Position numbers and translations under genes: made by a program
Shown: positions 51,003 to 60,063 of the stretch, in pieces
Numbering within the stretch: position 1 is the stretch's first letter
Layout of the letters: each line of letters opens with the position of its first letter
The notes under the pieces: generated by a model
What the model was told of the DNA's origin: nothing
The model's input: the letters and a program-made list of their open reading frames with translations, nothing else
Databases searched by the model: none
Origin: an uncultured Chloroflexia bacterium
GTDB taxonomy: Bacteria > Chloroflexota > Limnocylindria > Limnocylindrales > CSP1-4
DNA length: 64,000 nucleotides
Direction: 5' to 3'
NCBI GenBank assembly: GCA_963746845.1
Contig: CAVVCZ010000006.1
Location: 224,001 to 288,000 of the forward strand

Positions 51003-51965
51003 CTACCGACGAACCGCCTCGATGGCCACCCAGTCGCCCTCGTCGGTACGGGCGCGGACGGTCAGGCCCACGGCCAGAAAGGCCTCCCGGACGTCGCCCT
51101 CGCGGTCGACGTAGATCCCCGACGCGAGGAGCGTGCCGCCGGGCCGGAGCTCTGCGGCGAGGAGTGGCGCCAGGGCGATCAGCACCGACGCGATCAGGTT
51201 CGCCAGGACGAGGTCGAACGGCGGCTCGCCGCTCGGCAGGCTGCCGGGCGTGGCCGCGATCCGTCGCGCGAGCCGGTTCCGGGCCGCGTTGGCCGTGGTC
51301 GCCTCGATCGCGATCGGGTCCGTGTCGACACCCAGCACGGACGCGGCGCCGAGCCGCGCGGCGGCGATTGCGAGGATCCCGGAGCCGCAGCCCACGTCCA
51401 GGACGCGACCGCCCGCCAGGACGCCGCGATCGGCGACGTCCTCCAGCGCGGCGAGGCACAGGCGTGTCGTCGGGTGGAGGCCCGTCCCGAAGGCCATGCC
51501 CGGATCGAGCGCGAGCACGACGTCGCCGGGCTGCGCGCGGTGGCGCCGCCACGTCGGGCGGATCACGAGCCGGCGCCCGACGCGGAGCACCGGGAAATAC
51601 GCCTTCCAGGCCTCGGCCCAGTCGGCCTCGTGGACGACGGTCGTCCGGAGGTCGCCGATCGGGCGCAGCTCGAACGCCTGGAGGTGGCCGAGCGCCGTTG
51701 TGACGCGCGCCACGGCCTCCTCGGTCGCGGCGGGGTCGCGCGCCGGCAGATAGGCGCGGACGATCGACGGCCGGGTCGGGTCGACGCGCGCGCCGAGGCC
51801 CTCGTCGACGAGCTCGAACGCGGGCTCCACGCTGGTCCCGCCGGGGGCGACGCGGCCGAGGATCTCCGAGACGGCCTCGACGGCCTCGACGTCGGCCTCG
51901 ACCGAGAGCTCCAGCCAGGCACCTCCAGAACCGGCACCCTCCCCGGTGAGCTGCTGCTCGCTCAC
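51003..51965 (-). CDS. prmA: 50S ribosomal protein L11 methyltransferase
   Basis: DW..AWK, LDPGMAFGTG.HPTT, LDVGCGSGIL, ANL, SGI. Confidence 0.95.
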   Translation of the reverse strand: MSEQQLTGEGAGSGGAWLELSVEADVEAVEAVSEILGRVAPGGTSVEPAFELVDEGLGARVDPTRPSIVRAYLPARDPAATEEAVARVTTALGHLQAFELRPIGDLRTTVVHEADWAEAWKAYFPVLRVGRRLVIRPTWRRHRAQPGDVVLALDPGMAFGTGLHPTTRLCLAALEDVADRGVLAGGRVLDVGCGSGILAIAAARLGAASVLGVDTDPIAIEATTANAARNRLARRIAATPGSLPSGEPPFDLVLANLIASVLIALAPLLAAELRPGGTLLASGIYVDREGDVREAFLAVGLTVRARTDEGDWVAIEAVRR

Positions 51966-52008
51966 CGAAGGCCGAGGCGACGCTCCTGCGAGCCATCGGC
52001 CTGAGGTT

Positions 52009-53133
52009 TCAGCCGAGCGCGTCGCGCACCTTGTCGAGGATGCCCGGGTGGGCGGGGGCGACGTCCTCGCCACCCTCCGCGGCGTACTCGACGAGCAGCT
52101 CGCGCTGCCGCTTCGAGAGCTTGGCCGGGACGACGACGTTCACGAACACGTGGAGGTCGCCCTTCGAGCCCGTCCGGCGCAGGTGGGGGACACCCCGGCC
52201 CCGCAGGCGGATCTCGGCGCCCGGCTGGGTTCCGGGCTTGACCTCCACATCCTCGTCGCCGTCGACCGTCGGGACGGAGATCGTCGCGCCGAGGGCCGCC
52301 TGGGCGATCGAGACGTCCGCCTCGTAGAAGAGCTCGGTGCCCTCGCGCTTGAGCGTCGGATGGGGCGTCACGTGGACGGCGACATAGAGCGATCCCGCGG
52401 GGCCGCCCCGGCGCCCAACCTCGCCCTCGTTGGACAGCCGGATCTGGTGGCCCTCGTCGATCCCGGCCGGGATCGTGACCCGCAGCGTGCGCTTTCGCTC
52501 CGTGCGGCCTTCGCCGTGGCACGTCGGGCAGGGCTCCTTGACGAGCTTGCCCTCGCCGTGACAGACGGGGCAGTCCGAGACATTGACCATCTGGCCGAGC
52601 ATCGTCCGGCGCGTCGTCCGGATCTCGCCGCGGCCGCCGCAGTTGTCGCAGGTCACGGGCTCCGTGCCGGGCTTGGCGCCGTTGCCGCCGCACGTCTCGC
52701 ATGCGCCGTAGACCGGGAACTCGATCTCCTTCTCCGTCCCGTGGACGGCCTCCTCGAACGTGATCCGGAGGTCGTAGCGCAGGTCCGAGCCGGGCATCGG
52801 GTGGCCGCGCCGCGCGCCGCCGCTCGTCGCCCCGCCGAAGAACGCGTCGAAGATGTCGCTGAACGAGCCGAAGGCGTTCGGGTCGAAGCCGGCGCCGGCG
52901 CCGTCCGCGCCGAGGCCGGCCTTCCCGAACATGTCGTAGGTCTGGCGCCGCTGCGGATCCGAGAGGACCTGGTAGGCCTCGTTGATCTCCTTGAAGCGCT
53001 CGGCGGCGCCGGCGTCCGTGTTGACGTCCGGATGCCACTGCTGGGCGAGCTTGCGGAAGGCCTTCTTGATGTCGGCGTCGGTCGCGGTCCGTTCGACGCC
53101 GAGGGTGGCGTAGTAGTCGAGTTCGGTGGCCAT
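52009..53133 (-). CDS. dnaJ: chaperone DnaJ
   Basis: HPD J-domain, G/F region, four CxxCxGxG repeats. Confidence 0.98.
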   Translation of the reverse strand: MATELDYYATLGVERTATDADIKKAFRKLAQQWHPDVNTDAGAAERFKEINEAYQVLSDPQRRQTYDMFGKAGLGADGAGAGFDPNAFGSFSDIFDAFFGGATSGGARRGHPMPGSDLRYDLRITFEEAVHGTEKEIEFPVYGACETCGGNGAKPGTEPVTCDNCGGRGEIRTTRRTMLGQMVNVSDCPVCHGEGKLVKEPCPTCHGEGRTERKRTLRVTIPAGIDEGHQIRLSNEGEVGRRGGPAGSLYVAVHVTPHPTLKREGTELFYEADVSIAQAALGATISVPTVDGDEDVEVKPGTQPGAEIRLRGRGVPHLRRTGSKGDLHVFVNVVVPAKLSKRQRELLVEYAAEGGEDVAPAHPGILDKVRDALG

Positions 53134-53185
53134 GTGCGCGCGAAGTCTACGGGAGGACGCCTGGCGCGGTGGCTACGATGGCCCG

Positions 53186-54016
53186 GTGACCGCCCTCCCT
53201 CGCCTCACCGTCGCACTGACCTTCGACCACGACTCGATCTCCGACGGGGTCCGCCGCGGCGACCCGCCGGTCAAGCTGTCGCACGCGGAGTTCGGGGTGC
53301 GGGTGGGCGCGCCGCGGATCCTGGAGCTCCTCGCGTCGCGCGGCGTCGCGTCGACCTGGTTCGTCCCGGGGCACACGCTCGAGACGTTCCCCGACTCGAC
53401 CGCGGCGATCCTGGCCGGCGGCCACGAGCTCGCCTGCCACGGCTGGTTCCACGAGGACTTCGCCACCCTGCAACGGGACGAGGAGCGGGAGCTGATCGAG
53501 CGCTGCGTGGCCGCCGTGGAGCGCGTCACCGGATCCCGGCCGGCCGGCTGGCGGGCGCCGTACTGGTCGCTCGGCGGGAGCTCGCTGGAGCTGATCGCGG
53601 CGGCCGGGTTCGGCTACGACTCGTCGCTCATGGCCGACGACTACCGGCTGTATCGCGTACGCCAGGGCGACCGGCACTCCGTGACGGAGGGCACGCGGTT
53701 CGGGCCGGAGGGTCCCCTGGTCGAGGTGCCGGTGTCCTGGGCCCTCGATGACTGGCCGCACTTCGAGCCCTCGGCGAGCGGCGACCGCGACGGCCTGTCC
53801 GCGCCGTCGAAGGTCCTCGAGATCTGGACCGAGGAGCTCCGCTACGCGTGGACCCACGCGCCGGGCGGGCTGCTGACGGTGACGATGCATCCCGAGTGCA
53901 TCGGACGCGGCAGCCGGATGGCGATGCTCGAGCGGTTCATCGACGCGGCGGCCGGGCTGGACGGTGTCGTCTTCGACCGGCTGGACCGCTACGTGGAGGC
54001 GTGGTCGGGAGCGTGA
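53186..54016 (+). CDS. polysaccharide deacetylase family protein (PuuE/HP0310-like)
   Basis: TFDHD, HGWFH, RAPY, YDSS, TMHP; GTG 6 nt after TACGAT. Confidence 0.88.
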   Translation: MTALPRLTVALTFDHDSISDGVRRGDPPVKLSHAEFGVRVGAPRILELLASRGVASTWFVPGHTLETFPDSTAAILAGGHELACHGWFHEDFATLQRDEERELIERCVAAVERVTGSRPAGWRAPYWSLGGSSLELIAAAGFGYDSSLMADDYRLYRVRQGDRHSVTEGTRFGPEGPLVEVPVSWALDDWPHFEPSASGDRDGLSAPSKVLEIWTEELRYAWTHAPGGLLTVTMHPECIGRGSRMAMLERFIDAAAGLDGVVFDRLDRYVEAWSGA

Positions 54017-54040
54017 CCGCTGGCCTCGCCCCGTGCGGTC

Positions 54041-54206
54041 TGCACTCCTCGCACACGACGAATGCCCCGAGCCACCGACGTGCCCCTCCCGTGCATGTCA
54101 TGCACGAGATCGTCACCCGGTCACCCATCCGGTCGAGGTTGTGCACGCCATGCCACACCCGGACGCGGTCGGTCCGGCGAAGCCGTCGACGTGTGCACCG
54201 GGTGCA
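54041..54206. repeat. long imperfect inverted-repeat element with four TGCA-N5-TGCA-like boxes
   Basis: Boxes at 54041, 54092, 54142 and 54194; arm 54041-54112 vs reverse complement of 54134-54206 match at about 45/73 by hand. Confidence 0.65.
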
Positions 54207-54291
54207 ACCGTTGAGGGCCGCACCATCCAGCGCGGAGGAGGACTCGCCTTCCGATCCGAACTTCCAGAGGGCCCGGGGCCTTGTCCGAGGA

Positions 54292-54669
54292 TCAGGTCGC
54301 GGGGTGTGGGTAGAACGTCTTGTGAACGATGCGCCAGGCGTCGTCGATCCGGAGCAGGGACAGATCGTCGCTGTACCACACGCCCGCGGACTGGCCGCCG
54401 AGCCGGACCAGGGCGGTATCGCCTTCGAAGGAGAGCGCCTCGATGCGCCATTCGTGGGGTCCCGCGTGCGCGACGGCCCCTTGGCACTCGGCAACGAACT
54501 CCTCGAGGGTCGCCCAGTACAGCCCGCCCCCCTCGTTGCCAACGATGGAAGCCCTGGGGTGGAAGGCGCGGCCGAGCCTGACCTCGTCACCGGCCATCAT
54601 CCCGTCGTAGTACGTGCGGACGGTCTCGGTCACGGCCACGATGTCCGCCTCATTCGTCGACTGACGCAT
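54292..54669 (-). CDS. NTF2-like (lumazine-binding-like) protein
   Basis: Y.DG...GD...L..AFHP.A, GDTA.V, Y.D.LSLL.....W.IV.K. Confidence 0.82.
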   Translation of the reverse strand: MRQSTNEADIVAVTETVRTYYDGMMAGDEVRLGRAFHPRASIVGNEGGGLYWATLEEFVAECQGAVAHAGPHEWRIEALSFEGDTALVRLGGQSAGVWYSDDLSLLRIDDAWRIVHKTFYPHPAT

Positions 54670-54701
54670 CTGACGCACCCTCCCTCTCGGCCGACGGCGG
54701 A

Positions 54702-55451
54702 CTACGACCCGGATCGGGCACGAGCCTGGCCGCGGACTGCCGATGATCCCACCCGGGGACCCCCGGTGGCCACGACGGCCGCCAGCTCCTGGGCCTGTCG
54801 GAGAACTGCCTCGAGCATCGGTGCCGTCAATCGGCCGGTGAACGTGTTCTGCTGCGACGGGTGGTACGACCCCAGGACGACATGGCCGCCGGCGCGCGCG
54901 ACCGCCCCGTGCCCGAACGCCGGGCGTGGCCGCGCGTCGTCGCCGGTCAGCGCCGCGATCGTCCGGAACGACGACTCCCACGCGATCGCGCCGAGCGCGA
55001 CCAGCACGCGGACCCGCGACAGGAGCGCCAGCTCCCGCACGAGGAACGGCTGACAGCGATCCCGTTCCTCCGGGAGTGGCTTGTTGGCCGGTGGCGCGCA
55101 GCGCACGGCCGCCGCGATGTAGCAGTCGTGGAGCGCGAGCCCGTCGTCGATCCGCCGACCCGACGCCTGGTTCGCCAGCCCGGCGGCAAAGAGCGCCGAG
55201 AACAGGAAGTCGCCCGACGCGTCGCCCGTGAACACGCGACCGGTTCGGTTGCCGCCGTGCGCCGCCGGCGCCAGGCCGACGAGGAGGATCCGCGCTTCCG
55301 GATCGCCGAAGCCGGGCACGGGCCGGCCCCAGTACGTCTCGTCGCGGAACCGCGCGACCTTGTCGCGCGCCACCTGCTCCCGCCACGCGACCAGCCGCGG
55401 ACAGCGCCGGCAGGCGACGATCTCCTCGGTCAGGGCCTCGAGGGAGTCCAC
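54702..55451 (-). CDS. family 5 uracil-DNA glycosylase (UdgB-like, Fe-S)
   Basis: CRRCPRL, GLAPAAHG.NRTGRVFTGD, RCAPP.NKP, HPSQQN. Confidence 0.92.
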   Translation of the reverse strand: MDSLEALTEEIVACRRCPRLVAWREQVARDKVARFRDETYWGRPVPGFGDPEARILLVGLAPAAHGGNRTGRVFTGDASGDFLFSALFAAGLANQASGRRIDDGLALHDCYIAAAVRCAPPANKPLPEERDRCQPFLVRELALLSRVRVLVALGAIAWESSFRTIAALTGDDARPRPAFGHGAVARAGGHVVLGSYHPSQQNTFTGRLTAPMLEAVLRQAQELAAVVATGGPRVGSSAVRGQARARSGS

Positions 55452-55461
55452 CCCGGGAACC

Positions 55462-56268
55462 CTACTTGAGCAGGAGCCGGTCCAGGCGCCGGGCGACGAC
55501 CCACAGGCCGATCGTCCCCATGACCGCGAGATAGACGACGTGGACGAGGAGCGTCCAGTCGATGTAGCCGACACACAGGGACCGGAGCAGGTCGACGCCC
55601 TGGTACAGCGGCGTCAGCTGGACGATGACGCGCAGCGCCGGCGGATACGCGTCGAGCGGGTAGAACGTTGCGGAGAACAGGAACATCGGCAGGACGACGA
55701 GCTGGATCAGGTCGAAGTCCTGCCAGGTCCGCATGAACGACGTCGCGGCCATCGCGACCGCACCGAACGCGAACCCGATCAGAACCGCCCCGGGGAGGGC
55801 GAGGATCACCCACGGCGAGACGACCAGCCCGAGGACCAGCATCACCAACAGGAAGGCCACCGCGTAGATCCCGCCGCGGATCAGCGCCCACACGAGCTCG
55901 CCGACCGCCACGTCGCCGGCCGACAGCGGCGTCGACAGGATCGCGTCGAAGGTCTTGTTGTAGCGGAGCTTGAAGAAGAAGTTGAACGTGCCCTCGGAGA
56001 TCGCTCCGTTCATCGCCGCGCTCGCCAACAGCGCCGGCGCGACGAAGAGCTGGTACGGGATCGGCTGACCACCCGGCCCGTTCACGGTCCCGACGAGCGC
56101 CCCGAGGCCGAACCCGATCGAGCCCAGGTAGAACAGCGGCTCGAAGAAGCCGGACAGGATGACGATCCAGCCGTGGCGGTAGACGTAGATGTTCCGCTCG
56201 ACGAGGAACCGCGCCCGGCGGCTGCCGAGCGTGAACAGCCCCGTCAGCGGCAGCGTGGACGCGCTCAT
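55462..56268 (-). CDS. ABC-2 type exporter permease
   Basis: FEPLFYL, PMFLFSATFYP, PLYQGV. Confidence 0.9.
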   Translation of the reverse strand: MSASTLPLTGLFTLGSRRARFLVERNIYVYRHGWIVILSGFFEPLFYLGSIGFGLGALVGTVNGPGGQPIPYQLFVAPALLASAAMNGAISEGTFNFFFKLRYNKTFDAILSTPLSAGDVAVGELVWALIRGGIYAVAFLLVMLVLGLVVSPWVILALPGAVLIGFAFGAVAMAATSFMRTWQDFDLIQLVVLPMFLFSATFYPLDAYPPALRVIVQLTPLYQGVDLLRSLCVGYIDWTLLVHVVYLAVMGTIGLWVVARRLDRLLLK

Positions 56269-57050
56269 CCGCGGACCAGCCGGCGCTCGACATTGCGGTA
56301 CGCGAAGCTCAGCCCCACCCCGAACAGCGTGACCAGGACCGCGACGTGGATCGCGGCCATGAGCGGCGCATCGAGGATCGTCCCGAGCGCGAGGCCGCGG
56401 GTCAGCTCGACGCCGTGCCACAGGGGCGACAGCCAGGCCAGCGGCTGGATCGCCGGCGGCAGGTTCGAGATCGGGAAGAACGTGCCGGAGAACAGGAACA
56501 GCGGCGTGATGATGAACCGGAAGACCGCGTTGAACTTCTCGGGCGTGCGCTGGGTCGCCGAGAACGCCGCGATCGGTGTCGCGAAGGCGAGCCCGGTGAG
56601 GACCGCCGCCGGGATCGCGAGGATGATCAGCGGCGATGCGGCCGCGCCGAAGAGCGTCATCACGATCGTGAAGATCGCGGCGATCGACGTCAGCCGGATC
56701 GTGATCCACGCGACGTTCCCGAGGACGATATCGCGCGGCCCGATCGGCGTGGCGTACATCGCGTGGAACGTCTTCTGCCAGGTGAGCCCGCCCATGATCG
56801 GGAACGTCGCCTCGAAGGCCGCGGCCTGCATGGCGGTCGCCGCGAGCAGGCCCGGGGCGAGGAACTGGAGGTAGGTCAGGCCGCCCAGCGCCTGCGTCGC
56901 GCTGCCGGACTGGTCGACGTACGAGCCCAGCCCGAGGCCCATCGCCGTCAGGAACAGGACCGGGCTGAGGAATGAGGTGAACAGCGACGCGCGGTAGGTC
57001 CGCCGGTACTGGAGCGCGCGGTGCTCGACCACGCGGGTCATGACGGCCAT
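56265..57050 (-). CDS. ABC-2 type exporter permease
   Basis: FLAPGLLA, PLFLFSGTFFP, PLWHGV. Confidence 0.9.
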   Translation of the reverse strand: MAVMTRVVEHRALQYRRTYRASLFTSFLSPVLFLTAMGLGLGSYVDQSGSATQALGGLTYLQFLAPGLLAATAMQAAAFEATFPIMGGLTWQKTFHAMYATPIGPRDIVLGNVAWITIRLTSIAAIFTIVMTLFGAAASPLIILAIPAAVLTGLAFATPIAAFSATQRTPEKFNAVFRFIITPLFLFSGTFFPISNLPPAIQPLAWLSPLWHGVELTRGLALGTILDAPLMAAIHVAVLVTLFGVGLSFAYRNVERRLVRG

Positions 57051-57054
57051 CGGA

Positions 57055-58002
57055 CTACTCGATCAGCGACCGGCCGGTGAGCCGGAGGAATACGTCCTCC
57101 AGGGTCGACCGGCGGACGAGCACGGTCTCCGGGCGAAGGCCGCGGTCGTGGACCGCGACCGCCGCCGCCTCACCGTCCTCCGCGTAGAGCAGGACCCGAT
57201 CCGGCAGCCGCTCGATCCGCTCGGCGATGCCGTCGAGCTGCCCGTCGAGGGTCTCCTGGACGCCCGCCGGGAAGCGGAGCTCGGTCACCTCGCGCGACGA
57301 GTACCGATCGATCAGCTCGCGGGGTGACCCCTCGGCCACGATCTTCGCCTTGTCCATGACGACGAGGCGGTCGCACAGCTGCTCCGCCTCGTCCATGTAG
57401 TGAGTCGTCAGGACGAGCGTGACGCCGCGCTGCTTCAGGCGATACAGCCGGTCCCAGAGCAGATGCCGCGCCTGCGGGTCGAGGCCGGTGGTGGGCTCGT
57501 CGAGGAGGAGCAGGTCCGGCTCGTTGATCAGCGCGCGAGCGATCGTCAGCCGCCGCTTCATCCCGCCGGACAGCCGCTCGACGGTGTCGTTCGCCCGTTC
57601 GCCGAGCTTGGTGAACTCGAGCAGCTCGTCGGCCCGGCGACCGCATTCGGCCCGCGACAGCCCGAAGTAGCGGCCGTAGATCAGGAGGTTCTCGCGGACC
57701 GACAGCTCGGTGTCGAGCGAGTCGTCCTGGGGGACGACGCCGATCCGGGCCCGGATCGCCGGACCGTCGCGGCGGGGATCGCGCCCGAGGACCGTCAGCT
57801 GGCCGTCGCTCACCGGCGACACGCAGCCGATCATCCGCATGGTCGAGGTCTTGCCTGCGCCGTTCGGACCGAGGAAGCCGAACGATTCGCCCCGCGCGAC
57901 ATCGAAGTCGACGCCGTCGACGGCGGTGAATGCACCGAAGCGCTTCGTCAGGCCGCGGGCATGGATCAGGGCGGAATCCGACCGGGTGGGCACGTCCGAC
58001 AT
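57055..58002 (-). CDS. ABC exporter ATP-binding protein (NodI/DrrA-like)
   Basis: GPNGAGKT, LSGGMKRR, LDEPTTGLD, THYM. Confidence 0.92.
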   Translation of the reverse strand: MSDVPTRSDSALIHARGLTKRFGAFTAVDGVDFDVARGESFGFLGPNGAGKTSTMRMIGCVSPVSDGQLTVLGRDPRRDGPAIRARIGVVPQDDSLDTELSVRENLLIYGRYFGLSRAECGRRADELLEFTKLGERANDTVERLSGGMKRRLTIARALINEPDLLLLDEPTTGLDPQARHLLWDRLYRLKQRGVTLVLTTHYMDEAEQLCDRLVVMDKAKIVAEGSPRELIDRYSSREVTELRFPAGVQETLDGQLDGIAERIERLPDRVLLYAEDGEAAAVAVHDRGLRPETVLVRRSTLEDVFLRLTGRSLIE

Positions 58003-58064
58003 GGGGTCGTGATGGTACCCGACGCACCCGCCACGACCTGTCAGGAAGCCCGGCCGGGCCGGCC

Positions 58065-58102
58065 TTGTCGGCCGACCAGAAACATGCTAGCGTGCGGTAG
58101 CA
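58065..58102 (+). promoter_or_regulatory. promoter TTGTCG-N17-TAGCGT overlapped by palindrome TGCTAGCG-TG-CGGTAGCA
   Basis: -35 at 58065-58070, -10 at 58088-58093; 7/8 inverted repeat at 58085-58102. Confidence 0.55.
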
Positions 58103-58129
58103 CGAACAAGTGGCCGAGGAGCCCCAGCG

Positions 58130-58615
58130 ATGTCCACCCTTCCGGAGCCGGTCGAGCGCCTGCTCGATGCCGCGCTCGTCGGCGAGCTGACCGTCGTCGA
58201 TGCGACCGGTCGGCCCGTCACCTATCCCCTGATCCCGCTGTACGACGGCGAGCGGATCTTCCTGACGTCGTCGACCCTCTTCTCGCGCAAGCTCGAGCAC
58301 ATCCGGGCGAACCCGAAGGTCGCCCTGTCGATCACCGACCCGATCGCGGTCGGCGGGCGGACGGACCGGGTCACGATCCAGGGCGACGCGCGGGTCATCG
58401 ATGACGATCCGCACGGTGGCTGGGAGCGCCTCCTCCCGATCTGGGAGGCCAAGGAACCGGCGATCGTGTCCTTCCTCAAGGTGCGGGTGGCCCTGCCCCT
58501 GTTCTTCGAGCGCGCGCTGATCGAGATCACGCCGCGTCGGGCGCTCTACTGGGCGACCGGAGACACCGTCGCGGCCGCGCCGATCGTCACGGTCGTCGGC
58601 GTGGAGGCGGCGTGA
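58130..58615 (+). CDS. PPOX/FDOR split-barrel protein
   Basis: L.V....G.P...P, K..HIRANPKVAL, V.IQG.A, I.ITP. Confidence 0.85.
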   Translation: MSTLPEPVERLLDAALVGELTVVDATGRPVTYPLIPLYDGERIFLTSSTLFSRKLEHIRANPKVALSITDPIAVGGRTDRVTIQGDARVIDDDPHGGWERLLPIWEAKEPAIVSFLKVRVALPLFFERALIEITPRRALYWATGDTVAAAPIVTVVGVEAA

Positions 58616-60021
58616 TGGCGACGACGACCGACGCGCTGCCGCGAGTGCCGGCGCTGACGGCGCGGCAGGGCCTCGAGAAGCTCGAAACGTATCCGTTCGC
58701 GATCCTCACCTGGATCGACGACGCCGGGTATCCGCTGTGCGTCGCGGTCGAGGCGACGATCGACGCGGACGCCGGCACGGTCTCGTTCGCCGGGCCTGCC
58801 GGGCTCGTCGTTCCCACGGATACGGACGTGAGCCTCACCGGCTCCCACATCAGGCCGCAGCCGGGCTACGGCTACGACGAGCGGCGGCATGTCACCGTCT
58901 GGGGCCGCGCGGCTTCGGACGGTGACCGGTTCGCGTTCGCGGGCGCGCGCGCGTGGGGCTGGGACGAGGCCGAGCTCCCGTTCTTCGAGTACTCCGAACG
59001 CTCGACCGGCCAGTCACGGCGCTACTTCGACGCCCTCTCGGCCGAGCGGGGCACGCCGGTGAAGCCGCGGCTCGCGCTCCACTGGCTCTTCCTCCGGACG
59101 ACGCGGCTGCCCTTCCTGACCGCGACGATCGTGCCGGTCGTCCTCGGGATCGTCATCGCCGCCCGGCAGGGCTCGTTCGACTGGCTCACGGCCGTGCTGA
59201 CGGTGGTCGGCGCCGCGTGCGTGCAGCTCGGGCTGAACGTCGCGAATGACGTGTTCGACAGCGTCCAGGGCGCCGATGACGCGAATGTGACGCCGACCCA
59301 GTTCAGCGGCGGCTCGCGCGTCATCCAGTACGGGCTCGTGTCGCTCCGCGGGATGGCCGGGCTCGCGACGCTGTTCTACGTCCTGGCCGCCGTGATCGGG
59401 CTCGTCCTGCTGGTCCTGCGCGGCTCACCGGCCCTGCTCGCGATCGGGCTGATCGGGTTCGTCGTGTCGATCGGATACACGGCGCCGCCGCTGAAGCTCG
59501 TGTACCGCGGGCTCGGCGAGGTGGCGGTGGCGCTCGGCTTCGGGCCGCTGATGCTGCTCGGCGCCTACGTCGTCCAGACCGGCGGCACGCTGTCGTGGGA
59601 GCCGTTCGTCGCGTCGCTGCCGATCGCGCTGCTCGTCGCGCTGATCCTGTACGTCAACGAGATCCCCGACCGGCGCAGCGACGCCCGGGTCGGCAAGCGG
59701 ACGCTCCCCGTGCGGTTCCCCGAGTCCGCGGTCATCGGGGGCTACGTGGCGGCCGCGGGCGCGGCCTACGTGATCGTCGTGGCAGGGGTGGTGGCCGGGA
59801 TCCTGCCGATCCCGGCGCTGCTCGCGTTGCTCACGATCCCGCTCGCCCGCCAGGTCGCGGTGGGGCTGCGCCCGAACTACGACAACCCATACGGCCTGAT
59901 GTCGATCATGGGTGTCAACGTGAAGGTCCACCTGTACGCCGGCCTGCTCCTGCTGGCGGCCTACGCGGTGGTCCTGCTCGTCGCCGCGGTCGCGCCCTCG
60001 GTCGACCTCTTCGTCGGATAG
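58615..60021 (+). CDS. MenA/UbiA-family prenyltransferase fused to an N-terminal split-barrel-like domain
   Basis: C-terminal TRLPFL, ANDVFD, YTAPP....GLGE, NEIPD..SD...GKRTL; about 150-aa soluble N-terminal domain. Confidence 0.85.
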   Translation: MATTTDALPRVPALTARQGLEKLETYPFAILTWIDDAGYPLCVAVEATIDADAGTVSFAGPAGLVVPTDTDVSLTGSHIRPQPGYGYDERRHVTVWGRAASDGDRFAFAGARAWGWDEAELPFFEYSERSTGQSRRYFDALSAERGTPVKPRLALHWLFLRTTRLPFLTATIVPVVLGIVIAARQGSFDWLTAVLTVVGAACVQLGLNVANDVFDSVQGADDANVTPTQFSGGSRVIQYGLVSLRGMAGLATLFYVLAAVIGLVLLVLRGSPALLAIGLIGFVVSIGYTAPPLKLVYRGLGEVAVALGFGPLMLLGAYVVQTGGTLSWEPFVASLPIALLVALILYVNEIPDRRSDARVGKRTLPVRFPESAVIGGYVAAAGAAYVIVVAGVVAGILPIPALLALLTIPLARQVAVGLRPNYDNPYGLMSIMGVNVKVHLYAGLLLLAAYAVVLLVAAVAPSVDLFVG

Positions 60022-60026
60022 CCGCG

Positions 60027-60057
60027 TAAGCGCCGGTGCAGGCGCGCCGACCATGCT
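60027..60057 (+). promoter_or_regulatory. TAAG-N7-GCAG box, N10, then -10 CATGCT; leaderless start
   Basis: Gapless match to the 46363-46393(-) box; GTG 6 nt after the -10. Confidence 0.55.
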
Positions 60058-60063
60058 CGAGCA

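Noticed and set aside
49063-51996. 977-aa PrmA-region/MtaB fusion ORF
   Set aside because: The upstream part is out of frame with prmA and the membrane gene; mtaB starts at 50526.
54041-54206. Possible degenerate CRISPR (boxes every ~51 bp)
   Set aside because: The boxes are only 13 bp and degenerate, and the first and third 'spacers' are reverse complements of each other, which fits an inverted-repeat element.
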